From the NCBI GenBank assembly GCA_964291625.2, contig OZ220089.1, forward strand, positions 1,152,001 through 1,216,000: a DNA stretch of 64,000 nt, given 5' to 3'. Source of the stretch: Candidatus Latescibacterota bacterium. Lineage in GTDB: Bacteria > Latescibacterota > UBA2968 > UBA8231. The position numbers and the translations under genes were made by a program. This document shows, piece by piece, positions 10,086 to 19,167 of this stretch. The first letter of the stretch is position 1; each line of letters starts with the position of its first letter. Below the pieces are notes generated by a model. The model was given only the letters and a program-made list of their open reading frames with translations, did not search any database and was not told the origin of the DNA.

Positions 10086-11141
10086 ATGGGTAACAACCTC
10101 CGACTCCCCGCGGCCCTGGCGCTATGGGCCGCCGCTTGCGGCGAGATGCCCACCGAGCCGGCGGCTCCCGCCCCGGCGCCGTCGGCGCCCGCGGCCTTCA
10201 CCGCCCTGCGCGTCGAGGAGAACCGCATCGTCGACGCCGCGGGCGCCGACGTGATTCTGCGGGGGGTGGCCGTCGTCGACCCCCTGGTGGGCCGGGGCCA
10301 CCGCTACTCGACGCGGCTTGGCGAGCACGATCTGGAGACCCTGGCGCGCGAGTGGGGGGCGGGCATCGTGCGGGTGCCGATGCACCCCGACCTGATGGCC
10401 CACCACCCGGCCTACCTGCGGGAGTTCGTCGACCCCCTGGTCGACTGGGCCGGCGAGCACCGGCTCTACCTGCTGCTGGGCTACCACGCCCACGGCAACC
10501 CGCTCACCGGCGCGGTGGAGGACACGCCCTGGGGCTTCGATCCCCCCTGGCGGGGGAACCCCTACAACCCCGACCTCGAGCTGGCGCTGGCCTCCCTGCG
10601 CGAGATCGCCGCCCGCTACCGCGACAGGCCGTGGGTGCTCTACAGCGTCTTCAACGAGCCCGCCTTCATCTCCTGGAGCCAGTGGCGGCCGCTGGCGGAG
10701 CGGCTGGTCGACGCGGTGCGGGACCAGCACCCGGGCGCGCTGGTCCTGGTCTCGGGGGTCCACTGGGCCAGCGAGCTGGCCGGCGCCCTCGCCGACCCGG
10801 TGCGCCGGGAGGGCATCGTCTACGAGATCCACCCCTATCCCTGGGTGGGCGAGTCCTGGAAGAGGGTGGTCACCGAGCTGTCCAGGAAGCACCCCGTCTT
10901 TCTGGGGGAGTGGGGGTTCGGCGACGAGCACCCGGCGAGCGAGCGCAACTACGGCGAGGCCCTGGTGGGCTACTGCGAGGAGATGGGCCTGGGTTGGACC
11001 GCCTGGATCTGGGACCACTCCTGGACGCCGAGCATGTTCACCTCGCGCAGCCGCACGGGGCTGACGCCCTTCGGGGCCTTGGTGAAGCGCTCCCTGGCGC
11101 CCGCCAGGCGGCTGTCAGTCCGCGTCCCCGGGGGCGGGTAG
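10086..11141 (+). CDS. Glycoside hydrolase family 5 lipoprotein
   Basis: Lipobox-like AAAC, VRVP, FNEP (acid/base), HPY, GEWG (nucleophile) and WTAW. Confidence 0.85.
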   Translation: MGNNLRLPAALALWAAACGEMPTEPAAPAPAPSAPAAFTALRVEENRIVDAAGADVILRGVAVVDPLVGRGHRYSTRLGEHDLETLAREWGAGIVRVPMHPDLMAHHPAYLREFVDPLVDWAGEHRLYLLLGYHAHGNPLTGAVEDTPWGFDPPWRGNPYNPDLELALASLREIAARYRDRPWVLYSVFNEPAFISWSQWRPLAERLVDAVRDQHPGALVLVSGVHWASELAGALADPVRREGIVYEIHPYPWVGESWKRVVTELSRKHPVFLGEWGFGDEHPASERNYGEALVGYCEEMGLGWTAWIWDHSWTPSMFTSRSRTGLTPFGALVKRSLAPARRLSVRVPGGG

Positions 11142-11672
11142 CCTTCTCAGGACGAAGGCGGTGCCCTCGAACAGGTCGGCGGCGGGCATCGACGCCAGGA
11201 ACGACGCCAGGCTGTCGGAGGGGCTGGCCACCACCACCTCCGTGTTGTCCCCCTCCTTCCTGACCTCGCCGCGCAGCTGACCCGCCTCGACGGCGCGCGC
11301 GAAGGCGCCGGTCGGCTCGTTGCGGACGACGAGATCCCCGCTCTCGGCGAACTCGTAGGCGAGCAGGTCGTAGTGGTCCTCCCCCTCCTCGCAGCGGAGG
11401 CTCACGTAGCGCCCGTCGCCGGCGTGGGCGACGACGAACTCGCAGCGCCGGACGCGGAACTCGCCGTCGTGCCAGTCCAGGGCGGCCACCCTCCCCACGT
11501 CATCGCCGCCGAATCTCAGGTGGACGATCTCGTCCTCGACGAGCCACACCCCCTCCAGCCGAGACCTGTCCAGAGCCTCGGGATGGGCGCTCACCGGGTG
11601 CTCCGTCTGCACCGAGGAGCACCCGGCGGCGAGGACCGCCAGGACCGCCAGCCACCGCATGTGCGTGGTCAT
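11115..11672 (-). CDS. Hypothetical lipoprotein
   Basis: MTTHMRWLAVLAVLAAGC lipobox; GGAGG RBS upstream; high-GC codon usage. Confidence 0.7.
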   Translation of the reverse strand: MTTHMRWLAVLAVLAAGCSSVQTEHPVSAHPEALDRSRLEGVWLVEDEIVHLRFGGDDVGRVAALDWHDGEFRVRRCEFVVAHAGDGRYVSLRCEEGEDHYDLLAYEFAESGDLVVRNEPTGAFARAVEAGQLRGEVRKEGDNTEVVVASPSDSLASFLASMPAADLFEGTAFVLRRLPAPGDAD

Positions 11673-11750
11673 GTCACCACCTCCTGTTTTTCCCATATTC
11701 CCCTGCCTGTCCTGCCACTTTGAGACGCTTCAATCCCGCGGAGGGATTCC

Positions 11751-12536
11751 GTGAGCTGGAAGACCGAGACGACCGTCACCGACGAGCAGGTCCGCTTCTA
11801 CCGGGACAGGGGCTACCTGACCTTCGGCCGGATCTTCACCGAGGCGGAGCTGAGGGACCTGGGCGGCTACGTGGACGGCCTGATCGCCGCCCTGCCGCCG
11901 GAGCGGCGCCCCGAGTCCCTGGACGTGCCCCACTTTCAGCACCCCTTCCTCTTCCGCTACCTCTGCCACCCGCGGGTCCTCGACGTGATCGAGCGCTTCG
12001 TCGGCCCCGACATCGTCCTCTGGTCCAGCCACTTCATCAGCAAGCGCGAGGACGACGGCCTGGCCGTGCCCTGGCACCAGGACGGCGTCTACTGGGGGGA
12101 CCGGCTCGATCCGATGGAGGTGATCACCATGTGGCTGGCCGTGGACGAGTCCCGCGTCGACAACGGCTGCATGCGGGTCGTGTCCGGCAGCCACCGCCGC
12201 CGCGGGCTGCGCTACGAGGCGATCCAGAAGGAGGGCTATCTCTTCGGCAGCGAGGTGGAGGCCGGCGAGATCGACGAAGCCGACATCGTCGACCTGGAGC
12301 TGGCCGCCGGCGAGTGCCACTTCCACGACGCCTTCACCCTCCACGCCTCCAACGCCAACCGCTCGGCCCTCCGGCGGTGCGGGTACACGATGCGCTACTG
12401 CCCCGCCCACGTGCGCCACGCCGACAACGACGACCGCCCCGGGCGCCACCTGATCTACCTCGTGCGCGGCCAGGACCGCACCGGCGGCCACAACCTCTAC
12501 ACACCGGTACCCGCCATCGAACAGAGGACCGCATGA
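11751..12536 (+). CDS. PhyH family dioxygenase
   Basis: PWHQD, NGCMRVVSGSH and LHASNANRSALRRCG. Confidence 0.9.
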   Translation: MSWKTETTVTDEQVRFYRDRGYLTFGRIFTEAELRDLGGYVDGLIAALPPERRPESLDVPHFQHPFLFRYLCHPRVLDVIERFVGPDIVLWSSHFISKREDDGLAVPWHQDGVYWGDRLDPMEVITMWLAVDESRVDNGCMRVVSGSHRRRGLRYEAIQKEGYLFGSEVEAGEIDEADIVDLELAAGECHFHDAFTLHASNANRSALRRCGYTMRYCPAHVRHADNDDRPGRHLIYLVRGQDRTGGHNLYTPVPAIEQRTA

Positions 12537-13378
12537 GCGAGAGCCCCCTGCGCATTCTCGTCGTCGTCGCCCATCCCCACGACTTCACCCACTGCGCCGC
12601 CACCTGCGGCATCCACGCCGCCCGGGGCGACTCGGTCACGGTCGTCACCGTCACCAGCGGCGCGCGCACCCACAACGAGCGGCTCCACGACGAGCTGCTC
12701 AAACCCGAGGCCGAGCGCGATCCCGCCGTCCTGGCCCAGGGCCAGGAGGAGTACGCCCGCATCAAGGCCGAAGAGGTCCGGAACGTCTGCGGCCTCTTCG
12801 GGGTCACCGACGTGCGCATCCTGCAGTGGCCCCAGCCCTTCCGCCTGGAGAGCAGCCCCGGGGCCGTCGACGAGCTGAGGCAGGTCTTTTACGACGTGCG
12901 CCCCCACGTGCTGATAACCCAGAAGCCCTACTACGACGCCCGCCACGGCATGGCCAACATGACCCGCGACGACCACGGCGAGACGGCGATCGCCGTGCTG
13001 GAGGCCAAGGGGCTGGCGGCCCTGCCCGACCACGAGACCCGGGAGCGGCCCCACACGGTGGCGGCGACCTTCTACCTCGGTATCTACTTCACGCGCGAGG
13101 AGATCGACTTCTACGTGGACATCTCCGGGTGGCGCGACAAGCGGGTGCAGGCGGAGACCCTCTTCGCGAGCCAGGGCCAGTTCGAGGAGTTCGCCCGCAA
13201 GCGCGTGGAGATCGGCGCCGGCACGGCCGGCTGGTACGCCCAGGTCGCCTACGCCGAGGGCTTCGTCCGCGCCGAGGCCGAGACCCTGGGCGAGCTGCGC
13301 GTGCCCGAGCTGGCCCTGCGGCGGGCCGAGGAGCCGACCCGGGATCGGTTGCGGCGCAAGTCGGGGCTGCCGGCGTGA
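12533..13378 (+). CDS. PIG-L/LmbE family deacetylase
   Basis: ILVVVAHPHD, TSG, RPHVLIT, YVDIS, SQ and YAEGF; ATGA overlap with the upstream gene. Confidence 0.8.
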   Translation: MSESPLRILVVVAHPHDFTHCAATCGIHAARGDSVTVVTVTSGARTHNERLHDELLKPEAERDPAVLAQGQEEYARIKAEEVRNVCGLFGVTDVRILQWPQPFRLESSPGAVDELRQVFYDVRPHVLITQKPYYDARHGMANMTRDDHGETAIAVLEAKGLAALPDHETRERPHTVAATFYLGIYFTREEIDFYVDISGWRDKRVQAETLFASQGQFEEFARKRVEIGAGTAGWYAQVAYAEGFVRAEAETLGELRVPELALRRAEEPTRDRLRRKSGLPA

Positions 13379-13485
13379 GGCGGCCGGTGCGCCGGCCGGG
13401 CCGGAACCCCCAGGGCCTCCCGGGCGACTGAGATCGTACCCCGGCCCCCATCACGGCCCCGGGCGCAAACCCTCCGACTGGACGG

Positions 13486-14850
13486 ATGATGAGCGACCAC
13501 GACAAGCCCCATCCCGAGCTGGACCGGTTCATGGAGGGCCTGGCGGTGCGCAACCCCGGCGAGGAGGAGTTCCACCAGGCCGTGCGCGAGGTGGCCGAGA
13601 CGCTGCTGCCCTACATCGACCGCCACCTTGCCTACCGGGAGTACCGCATCCTCGAGCGCATGACCGAGCCGGACCGCATCGTCTCCTTCCGCGTCTCCTG
13701 GCGGGACGACGCCGGCGAGATCCGCGTCAACCGCGGCTACCGGGTGCAGATGAACAACGCCATCGGCCCCTACAAGGGGGGCCTGAGGTTCTCCCACACG
13801 GTGACGCCGAGCGTGCTCAAGTTCCTGGCCTTCGAGCAGACCTTCAAGAACAGCCTCACGGGCCTGCCCATGGGGGCCGGCAAGGGGGGCGCCAACTTCA
13901 ACCCCAAGGGCAAGTCGGACGACGAGGTGATGCGCTTCTGCCAGGCCTTCATGACCGAGCTCTACCGCCACGTGGGCGCCAACGTCGACGTGCCCGCCGG
14001 AGACATCGGCGTCGGGGCCCGGGAGATCGGCTTCATGTTCGGCCAGTACAAGCGCATCACCGGGAGCTTCGAGGGCGTGCTCACCGGCAAGGGGCTGGAG
14101 TTCGGGGGCAGCCTGATCCGCACCGAGGCCACCGGCTACGGCGCGGTCCTGTTCCTGAAGCACATGCTCGCCGAGGGCGGCCAGGGGGTCGAGGGCCTGC
14201 GGGTCAACGTCTCCGGCTCGGGGAACGTCTCCCTCCACGCCGCCGAGAAGCTGATCCAGCTCGGCGGCAAGGTGCAGACCCTCTCCGACTCGGGGGGCTT
14301 CGTCCACGACCCGGACGGCGTCGACGAGGAGAAGCTCGCCTTCCTCAAGGATCTCAAGGAGGTCCGCCGCGGGCGCATCTCCGAGTACGCCGACGAGTAT
14401 CCCGGCGCCGCCTTCCACGCCGGGGCCCGCCCCTGGGGGGTGCCCTGCGACGCGGCCCTGCCCTGCGCCACCCAGAACGAGCTGTCGGGGGACGACGCCG
14501 CGGCGCTCATCGGACACGGCGTGCGCGCCGTCTGCGAGGGCGCCAACATGCCGAGCGAGATCGGCGCCGTGGAGCGGTTCCGGGAGGCCGGCGTGCTCTT
14601 CGGGCCGGCGAAGGCGGCCAACGCCGGCGGGGTGGCCGTCTCCGGCCTGGAGATGAGCCAGAACTCGGCCCGCCTGTCGTGGACCCTCGAGGACATGGAG
14701 TGCCAGCTCGAGCAGATCATGGCCGACATCCACGGCCGCTGCGTCGAGCACGGCCGCGGCGAGGACGGCCGCATCGACTACCTGGCGGGCGCCAACATCG
14801 CCGGCTTCCGCAAGGTCGCCGACGCCATGCTCGCCTTCGGCGTCGTCTGA
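13486..14850 (+). CDS. gdhA: NADP-specific glutamate dehydrogenase
   Basis: GPYKGGLRF, GKGG, DVPAGDIGVG, RTEATGYG, GSGNV, EGANMP, KAANAGGV and GANIAGF. Confidence 0.97.
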   Translation: MMSDHDKPHPELDRFMEGLAVRNPGEEEFHQAVREVAETLLPYIDRHLAYREYRILERMTEPDRIVSFRVSWRDDAGEIRVNRGYRVQMNNAIGPYKGGLRFSHTVTPSVLKFLAFEQTFKNSLTGLPMGAGKGGANFNPKGKSDDEVMRFCQAFMTELYRHVGANVDVPAGDIGVGAREIGFMFGQYKRITGSFEGVLTGKGLEFGGSLIRTEATGYGAVLFLKHMLAEGGQGVEGLRVNVSGSGNVSLHAAEKLIQLGGKVQTLSDSGGFVHDPDGVDEEKLAFLKDLKEVRRGRISEYADEYPGAAFHAGARPWGVPCDAALPCATQNELSGDDAAALIGHGVRAVCEGANMPSEIGAVERFREAGVLFGPAKAANAGGVAVSGLEMSQNSARLSWTLEDMECQLEQIMADIHGRCVEHGRGEDGRIDYLAGANIAGFRKVADAMLAFGVV

Positions 14851-14858
14851 GGAGGATC

Positions 14859-15887
14859 ATGGGTGACCACACTCTGAGGGCCGCCGTCATCGGCGGCGGC
14901 CTCGGCAGCTACCACGGCTACGCCTACGACCATTCCCCCCGGTACGAGCTGGCGGCCGTCTGCGACATCGACCCGGAGGTGATGCCGCGGTTCTTCGAGC
15001 GGTCCGGGGTCCCGGCGGGCCGCATCGGCGAGTACACCGACTACCGCCTCATGCTGGAGCGGGAGGACCTCGACGTGGTCAGCGTCGCCACCCCGGATCA
15101 CCTCCACGCCGACGCCGTCTGCGATGCCTCGGGGGCCGGCGTCCGGGGCATCCTCTGCGAGAAGCCCCTGGCCACCACCCTGCAAGACGCCGACCGCATG
15201 ATCGCCGCCGTGGAAGCCAACGGCACCTGCCTGTCCGTCGACCACACCCGCAGCTGGATCCCCCGCTACCAGCAGATGCGGCAGGCCGTGCGCGACGGCG
15301 CCGTCGGCCCCCTGACCCGCATCCTCGCCCACATGGGGGGCCGGCGGTCGATGCTGTTCCGCAACGGCACCCACCTCGTGGACGCGGTCTGCTACTTCGC
15401 CGAGGCCGATCCCGTCTGGGTCGTCGCCGCCCACGAGCAAGGCTTCGAGGAGTACGGGCTGGTCTACGACGGCAAGGGGGGCCGGGACCCGCAGTACGAC
15501 CCGGGCTCCACGATCATCATCGAGTTCGCCAACGGCGCCCGCGGCCTGATCAACAGCGCCAAGCTGACGCCCCAATTCTTCGAGTTCGACCTCCAGGGGC
15601 CGGAGGGGCGCATCGTCGTCAGCGACCAGCTCTGCCAGGTCTGGACCACCTCCGAGTCCCAGGGGGCCCTGGTCCCGGTCTCCTCGGAGACCGGCTCCGC
15701 CTACCCGGACCCCTTCGGGACCGCCCTGATCCCCGCGGTGGAGGAGCTGGCGGAGATGATCGACGGGAAGGCCGAGAGCAGCTCGCCGGCGCGGCGGGCC
15801 CGCCACACCCTGGAGATCATGCTCGCCGCCCTGCACTCCCAGGCCCGGGGCAACGCCAGGATCGACCTGCCACTTCCGAGGGAGTGA
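14859..15887 (+). CDS. Gfo/Idh/MocA family oxidoreductase
   Basis: AVIGGG, VSVATPDHLH, CEKPLA and GTHLVD; GGAGG RBS. Confidence 0.9.
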   Translation: MGDHTLRAAVIGGGLGSYHGYAYDHSPRYELAAVCDIDPEVMPRFFERSGVPAGRIGEYTDYRLMLEREDLDVVSVATPDHLHADAVCDASGAGVRGILCEKPLATTLQDADRMIAAVEANGTCLSVDHTRSWIPRYQQMRQAVRDGAVGPLTRILAHMGGRRSMLFRNGTHLVDAVCYFAEADPVWVVAAHEQGFEEYGLVYDGKGGRDPQYDPGSTIIIEFANGARGLINSAKLTPQFFEFDLQGPEGRIVVSDQLCQVWTTSESQGALVPVSSETGSAYPDPFGTALIPAVEELAEMIDGKAESSSPARRARHTLEIMLAALHSQARGNARIDLPLPRE

Positions 15888-15898
15888 CGGTCGCAACT

Positions 15899-15921
15899 CA
15901 TATAGATATATTGCATATATG
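15899..15921. promoter_or_regulatory. AT-rich inverted repeat, probable mazEF autoregulatory operator
   Basis: CATATA-N11-TATATG in an AT island directly upstream of mazE. Confidence 0.55.
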
Positions 15922-15942
15922 GATTTCAGTCAGGAGGACTCA

Positions 15943-16182
15943 ATGGGAACGAAGTCCCGAATTGCCAGATGGGGCACGAGCTTGGCGGTGCGCATCCCCA
16001 AGCCCATCGCCGAGCAGTGGGGGGTTCAAGAAGGCTCCGCCATCGAGATGATCTCGCAGGGTGAGAAGGTTCTGCTGAGCAAGGGCGTCTATGACCTGGA
16101 CGACCTGCTGGAACAGGTGACGCAGGACAACCTTCATCCCGAGGTGGACAGCGGCCCGGCCCAGGGCAACGAGGCATGGTAG
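15943..16182 (+). CDS. mazE: AbrB/MazE antitoxin
   Basis: RWGTSLAVRIPK, YDLDDLL, NLHPEVD and GNEAW; AGGAGG RBS. Confidence 0.92.
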   Translation: MGTKSRIARWGTSLAVRIPKPIAEQWGVQEGSAIEMISQGEKVLLSKGVYDLDDLLEQVTQDNLHPEVDSGPAQGNEAW

Positions 16183-16517
16183 AGCAGGCCTATGTCCCGA
16201 GCAGGGCAGACATCGTCTGGATCACCTTCACCCCCCAGGCCGGACGCGAACAAGCCGGGCGTCGGCCCGCCCTGGTTCTGAGTCCCCGGAGCTACAACGA
16301 CAAGACCGCCCTGGCGCTGTTCTGCCCCATCACTTCCAAGGTGAAGGGCTATCCCTTCGAGGTGGCCCTTCCAACGGCCAGTCCCGTCACCGGCGTCATT
16401 CTGGCCGACCAGGTCAAGAGCCTGGACTGGCGAGCACGACAAACCGAGTTCGTGTCCCGAGCCCCGGCGCGCGTGATGGGTGAAGTCCTGGAAAAGCTGA
16501 CGGTCCTTCTGACCTGA
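16176..16517 (+). CDS. mazF: MazF/PemK endoribonuclease toxin
   Basis: PQAGREQAGRRPALVLSP, CPITSKVKGYPFEV and DQVKSLDWRAR. Confidence 0.95.
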   Translation: MVEQAYVPSRADIVWITFTPQAGREQAGRRPALVLSPRSYNDKTALALFCPITSKVKGYPFEVALPTASPVTGVILADQVKSLDWRARQTEFVSRAPARVMGEVLEKLTVLLT

Positions 16518-17836
16518 TGAGAGCCATGCCCGCAGCCCTCGGCGGCCCCCCCGCCGTGACCATCGACAAGGCTCCGTACCTCCAGTGGCCGATCTACACC
16601 GAGGAGGAGGTCGAGGCGGTGGCGGACCTCATCCGCAACCATGCCCTGTCCAGCTCCCAGGGGGAGAAGGGGCCGATCACGGAGCTGGAGGAGAGGGTTG
16701 CCGCGACCTGGGGCGTGCGCCATGCCCTGGCCCACTCCAGCGGCACGGCGGCCCTGCGGTCGGCCCTCTTCGGCGTCGGGGTGGTCCCCGGCGACGAGGT
16801 GATCTGCCAGTCGGCGGTCCATCCCTTCGGCTGCCTGCCGATCATCGGCTGCGGCGCCGTGCCGGTCTTCGCCGACATCGACCCGCTGACCATGACCCTC
16901 GACCCCGTGGACCTGGAATCCCGGATCACCGACCGGACGCGGGCGGTCATGGTCGTCCACTGGAACGGCATCCCCGCCGACATGGACGCCATCATGGAGA
17001 TCGCCGGCCGCCGCGGGCTGAAGGTGGTGGAGGACTGCGCCGTCTCCCAGGGGACCACCCACCGGGGCCGCATGGGCGGGTCGATCGGGGACGCCTCGGC
17101 CCTCAGCTTCCAGCACGGCAAGCTGACCTCCGCCGGCGAGGGCGGGGTCTTCCTGACCGATTCCGAGGAGGTCTGGCAGCGCGCCGCCTCCCTCGGCCAC
17201 TACGAGCGGCTCCGGGACCTGCCGGACCCCCGGTGGCGGGCGGTGAGCGGCTTCAGCTTCGGCGAGAAGTACCGCATGGCGACGGTCACGGCGGCGATCG
17301 GCGTGGTGCAGATGAAGCACTGGCGCGGGCGGATCGACCGGCGCCACGAGAACGCCGACAAGCTGGGCCGCGCCGTGGCGGAGATCGACGGCTTCGCGGC
17401 GCCGGACTTCCCCGGCTACTTCCCCTCGCCGTACCACAGCGGGCGCATCACCTTCGAGCGGGACAAGCTCGGGGGCCTGACCCGCGAGCGGCTGATCGAG
17501 GTCCTGAACGCCGAGGGCGCGCAGGTTACGTCGCCGGCCCGGAAGGACTCGCGCATCCCCCACACCGACCTGTGGCGCATCCTCCACAAGCACCCGGTCT
17601 TCGCCGGCGACGAGCACGGGACGGAAGAGATCCTGTGGGAGGTCCTCGGCCCGGCGGCGAGACGGATCGACTACAAGAGTCTCACCCTCCCCGTCAGCGA
17701 GGACCCGGAGGTGCCGTACGACACGATCCAGCTGCCCGCCTTCACCCGCCCGGCGGACGAGCTGATCGCCCAGTACGCCCAGGCCTTCCGCAAGGTCGCC
17801 GCCCACGCCCCCCGGCTGGCGGAAGCCGGCGGGTGA
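16517..17836 (+). CDS. DegT/DnrJ/EryC1/StrS PLP aminotransferase
   Basis: SSGTAAL, PGDEVI, PVFADID, VVEDCA and SFQHGKLTSAGEGG (PLP lysine). Confidence 0.9.
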   Translation: MRAMPAALGGPPAVTIDKAPYLQWPIYTEEEVEAVADLIRNHALSSSQGEKGPITELEERVAATWGVRHALAHSSGTAALRSALFGVGVVPGDEVICQSAVHPFGCLPIIGCGAVPVFADIDPLTMTLDPVDLESRITDRTRAVMVVHWNGIPADMDAIMEIAGRRGLKVVEDCAVSQGTTHRGRMGGSIGDASALSFQHGKLTSAGEGGVFLTDSEEVWQRAASLGHYERLRDLPDPRWRAVSGFSFGEKYRMATVTAAIGVVQMKHWRGRIDRRHENADKLGRAVAEIDGFAAPDFPGYFPSPYHSGRITFERDKLGGLTRERLIEVLNAEGAQVTSPARKDSRIPHTDLWRILHKHPVFAGDEHGTEEILWEVLGPAARRIDYKSLTLPVSEDPEVPYDTIQLPAFTRPADELIAQYAQAFRKVAAHAPRLAEAGG

Positions 17837-18699
17837 TCGACTTCCACACCCACCTGGGCCACGGCGGGCGCACCCTCGACGACGTGCGCCGCCACGTCGA
17901 CATCCACGGCGGCGGACTCTCCGTGCTCCTGCCGATCGAGCCGGGACCGACCTCGGCCCTTGGGGACGACGACGGCTGGTCCACCCGCCGCGCCCTGGAG
18001 GCCCACGCGGCCTGCCCCGACGAGACGATCCCCTTCGCAAACGTCGACCCCCTGAGCCCGGACGCCCTGGAGCGCCTCCGGGCCCTGCACGAGACCGGCG
18101 TCGTGAAAGGGTTCGGCGAGCAGAAGAACCGCCTCCCCGTCGACCACCCCCGGTGCCTGGAGATCTACCGCCTGTGCGGCGAGGTCGGCTGGCCGGTGCT
18201 GATCCACATGGACTACACCGGCGTCTTCGGCTCCAACTTCCCCGCCCTGGAGGAGGTGGTCGGCTCGCTGCCGGAGACGACCTTCATCGGCCACGCCATG
18301 GCCTGGTGGACGAACATCAGCGCCGACGCCGTCACCGACCCGCGGGCCCCGGGCTTCGCCGACTATCCCGCGGGCCCGGTGAAGCCGGTGGGGCTCACGG
18401 ACCGGCTGCTGAGCGAGTATCCGAACCTCTACTGCGACCTCTCGGCGCGCTCCGGCTACCACGGCCTCCAGCGGGACCCGGGGTTCGCCCGCGGCTTCCT
18501 GAAGCGCCACCGCGCCCGGCTCCTGTGGGGCACCGACTGCCCCTGCGCCGACGGCCGCGGCAACCTCCGGGACGGCAGCTGCCGGCCCTGCCTGGCCGGA
18601 CTCATGCTGCCGCTGCTGCGCGACCTCTGCGAGTCGGACGACCACTTCGACGACATCACCCACGACAACGGGGCGAGGCTGCTCGGCCTCGCCACGTAG
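17833..18699 (+). CDS. Amidohydrolase family (Amidohydro_2) metal-dependent hydrolase
   Basis: IDFHTH, GFGEQK, PVLIH, FIGHA, DLSA and WGTD; GTGA overlap. Confidence 0.85.
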   Translation: MIDFHTHLGHGGRTLDDVRRHVDIHGGGLSVLLPIEPGPTSALGDDDGWSTRRALEAHAACPDETIPFANVDPLSPDALERLRALHETGVVKGFGEQKNRLPVDHPRCLEIYRLCGEVGWPVLIHMDYTGVFGSNFPALEEVVGSLPETTFIGHAMAWWTNISADAVTDPRAPGFADYPAGPVKPVGLTDRLLSEYPNLYCDLSARSGYHGLQRDPGFARGFLKRHRARLLWGTDCPCADGRGNLRDGSCRPCLAGLMLPLLRDLCESDDHFDDITHDNGARLLGLAT

Positions 18700-18713
18700 C
18701 AAGGAGATCCGCC

Positions 18714-19121
18714 ATGCCGCGATCCAGGGTTCCCCAGCCGGAAGGGGTCCACAGACCGCCCGGCAAGTACTCCCACGCCGCCAGGGTCGAGGGCTCCCTG
18801 ATCGTCGTGGCGGGACAGGTCGCCACCGACGTCGACGGCCAGCTCGTCGGCGCCAACGACGCCGCCGCCCAGACCCGACAGATCTTCCGCAACATGGAAG
18901 CCGTCCTCGCCGGCGCCGGCTCGTCCTTCGCCGACGTCGTCGAGTTCACCTACTACATCGTCGGCCGCGAGAGCTTGCCGGGCTTCATGGAGGCTCGCAC
19001 CGCCGTCTTCGACGAGGCCTACCCGGAGGGCGACTACCCGCCGGCGACGCTGCTGGTGGTGGGCGGCCTGGCGAACGAGGACTTCCTGGTGGAGGTCTCG
19101 GCCCTGGCGGCGCCCTCCTGA
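18714..19121 (+). CDS. RidA/YjgF family protein
   Basis: YSHA, AGQV, QTRQIFRN, PPATLLVV and LVEVSA; AAGGAG RBS. Confidence 0.88.
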   Translation: MPRSRVPQPEGVHRPPGKYSHAARVEGSLIVVAGQVATDVDGQLVGANDAAAQTRQIFRNMEAVLAGAGSSFADVVEFTYYIVGRESLPGFMEARTAVFDEAYPEGDYPPATLLVVGGLANEDFLVEVSALAAPS

Positions 19122-19167
19122 AGCGGCGGAACCTGATCCTGGTGCACGGAGGGCCGCGGGCCGGCAG

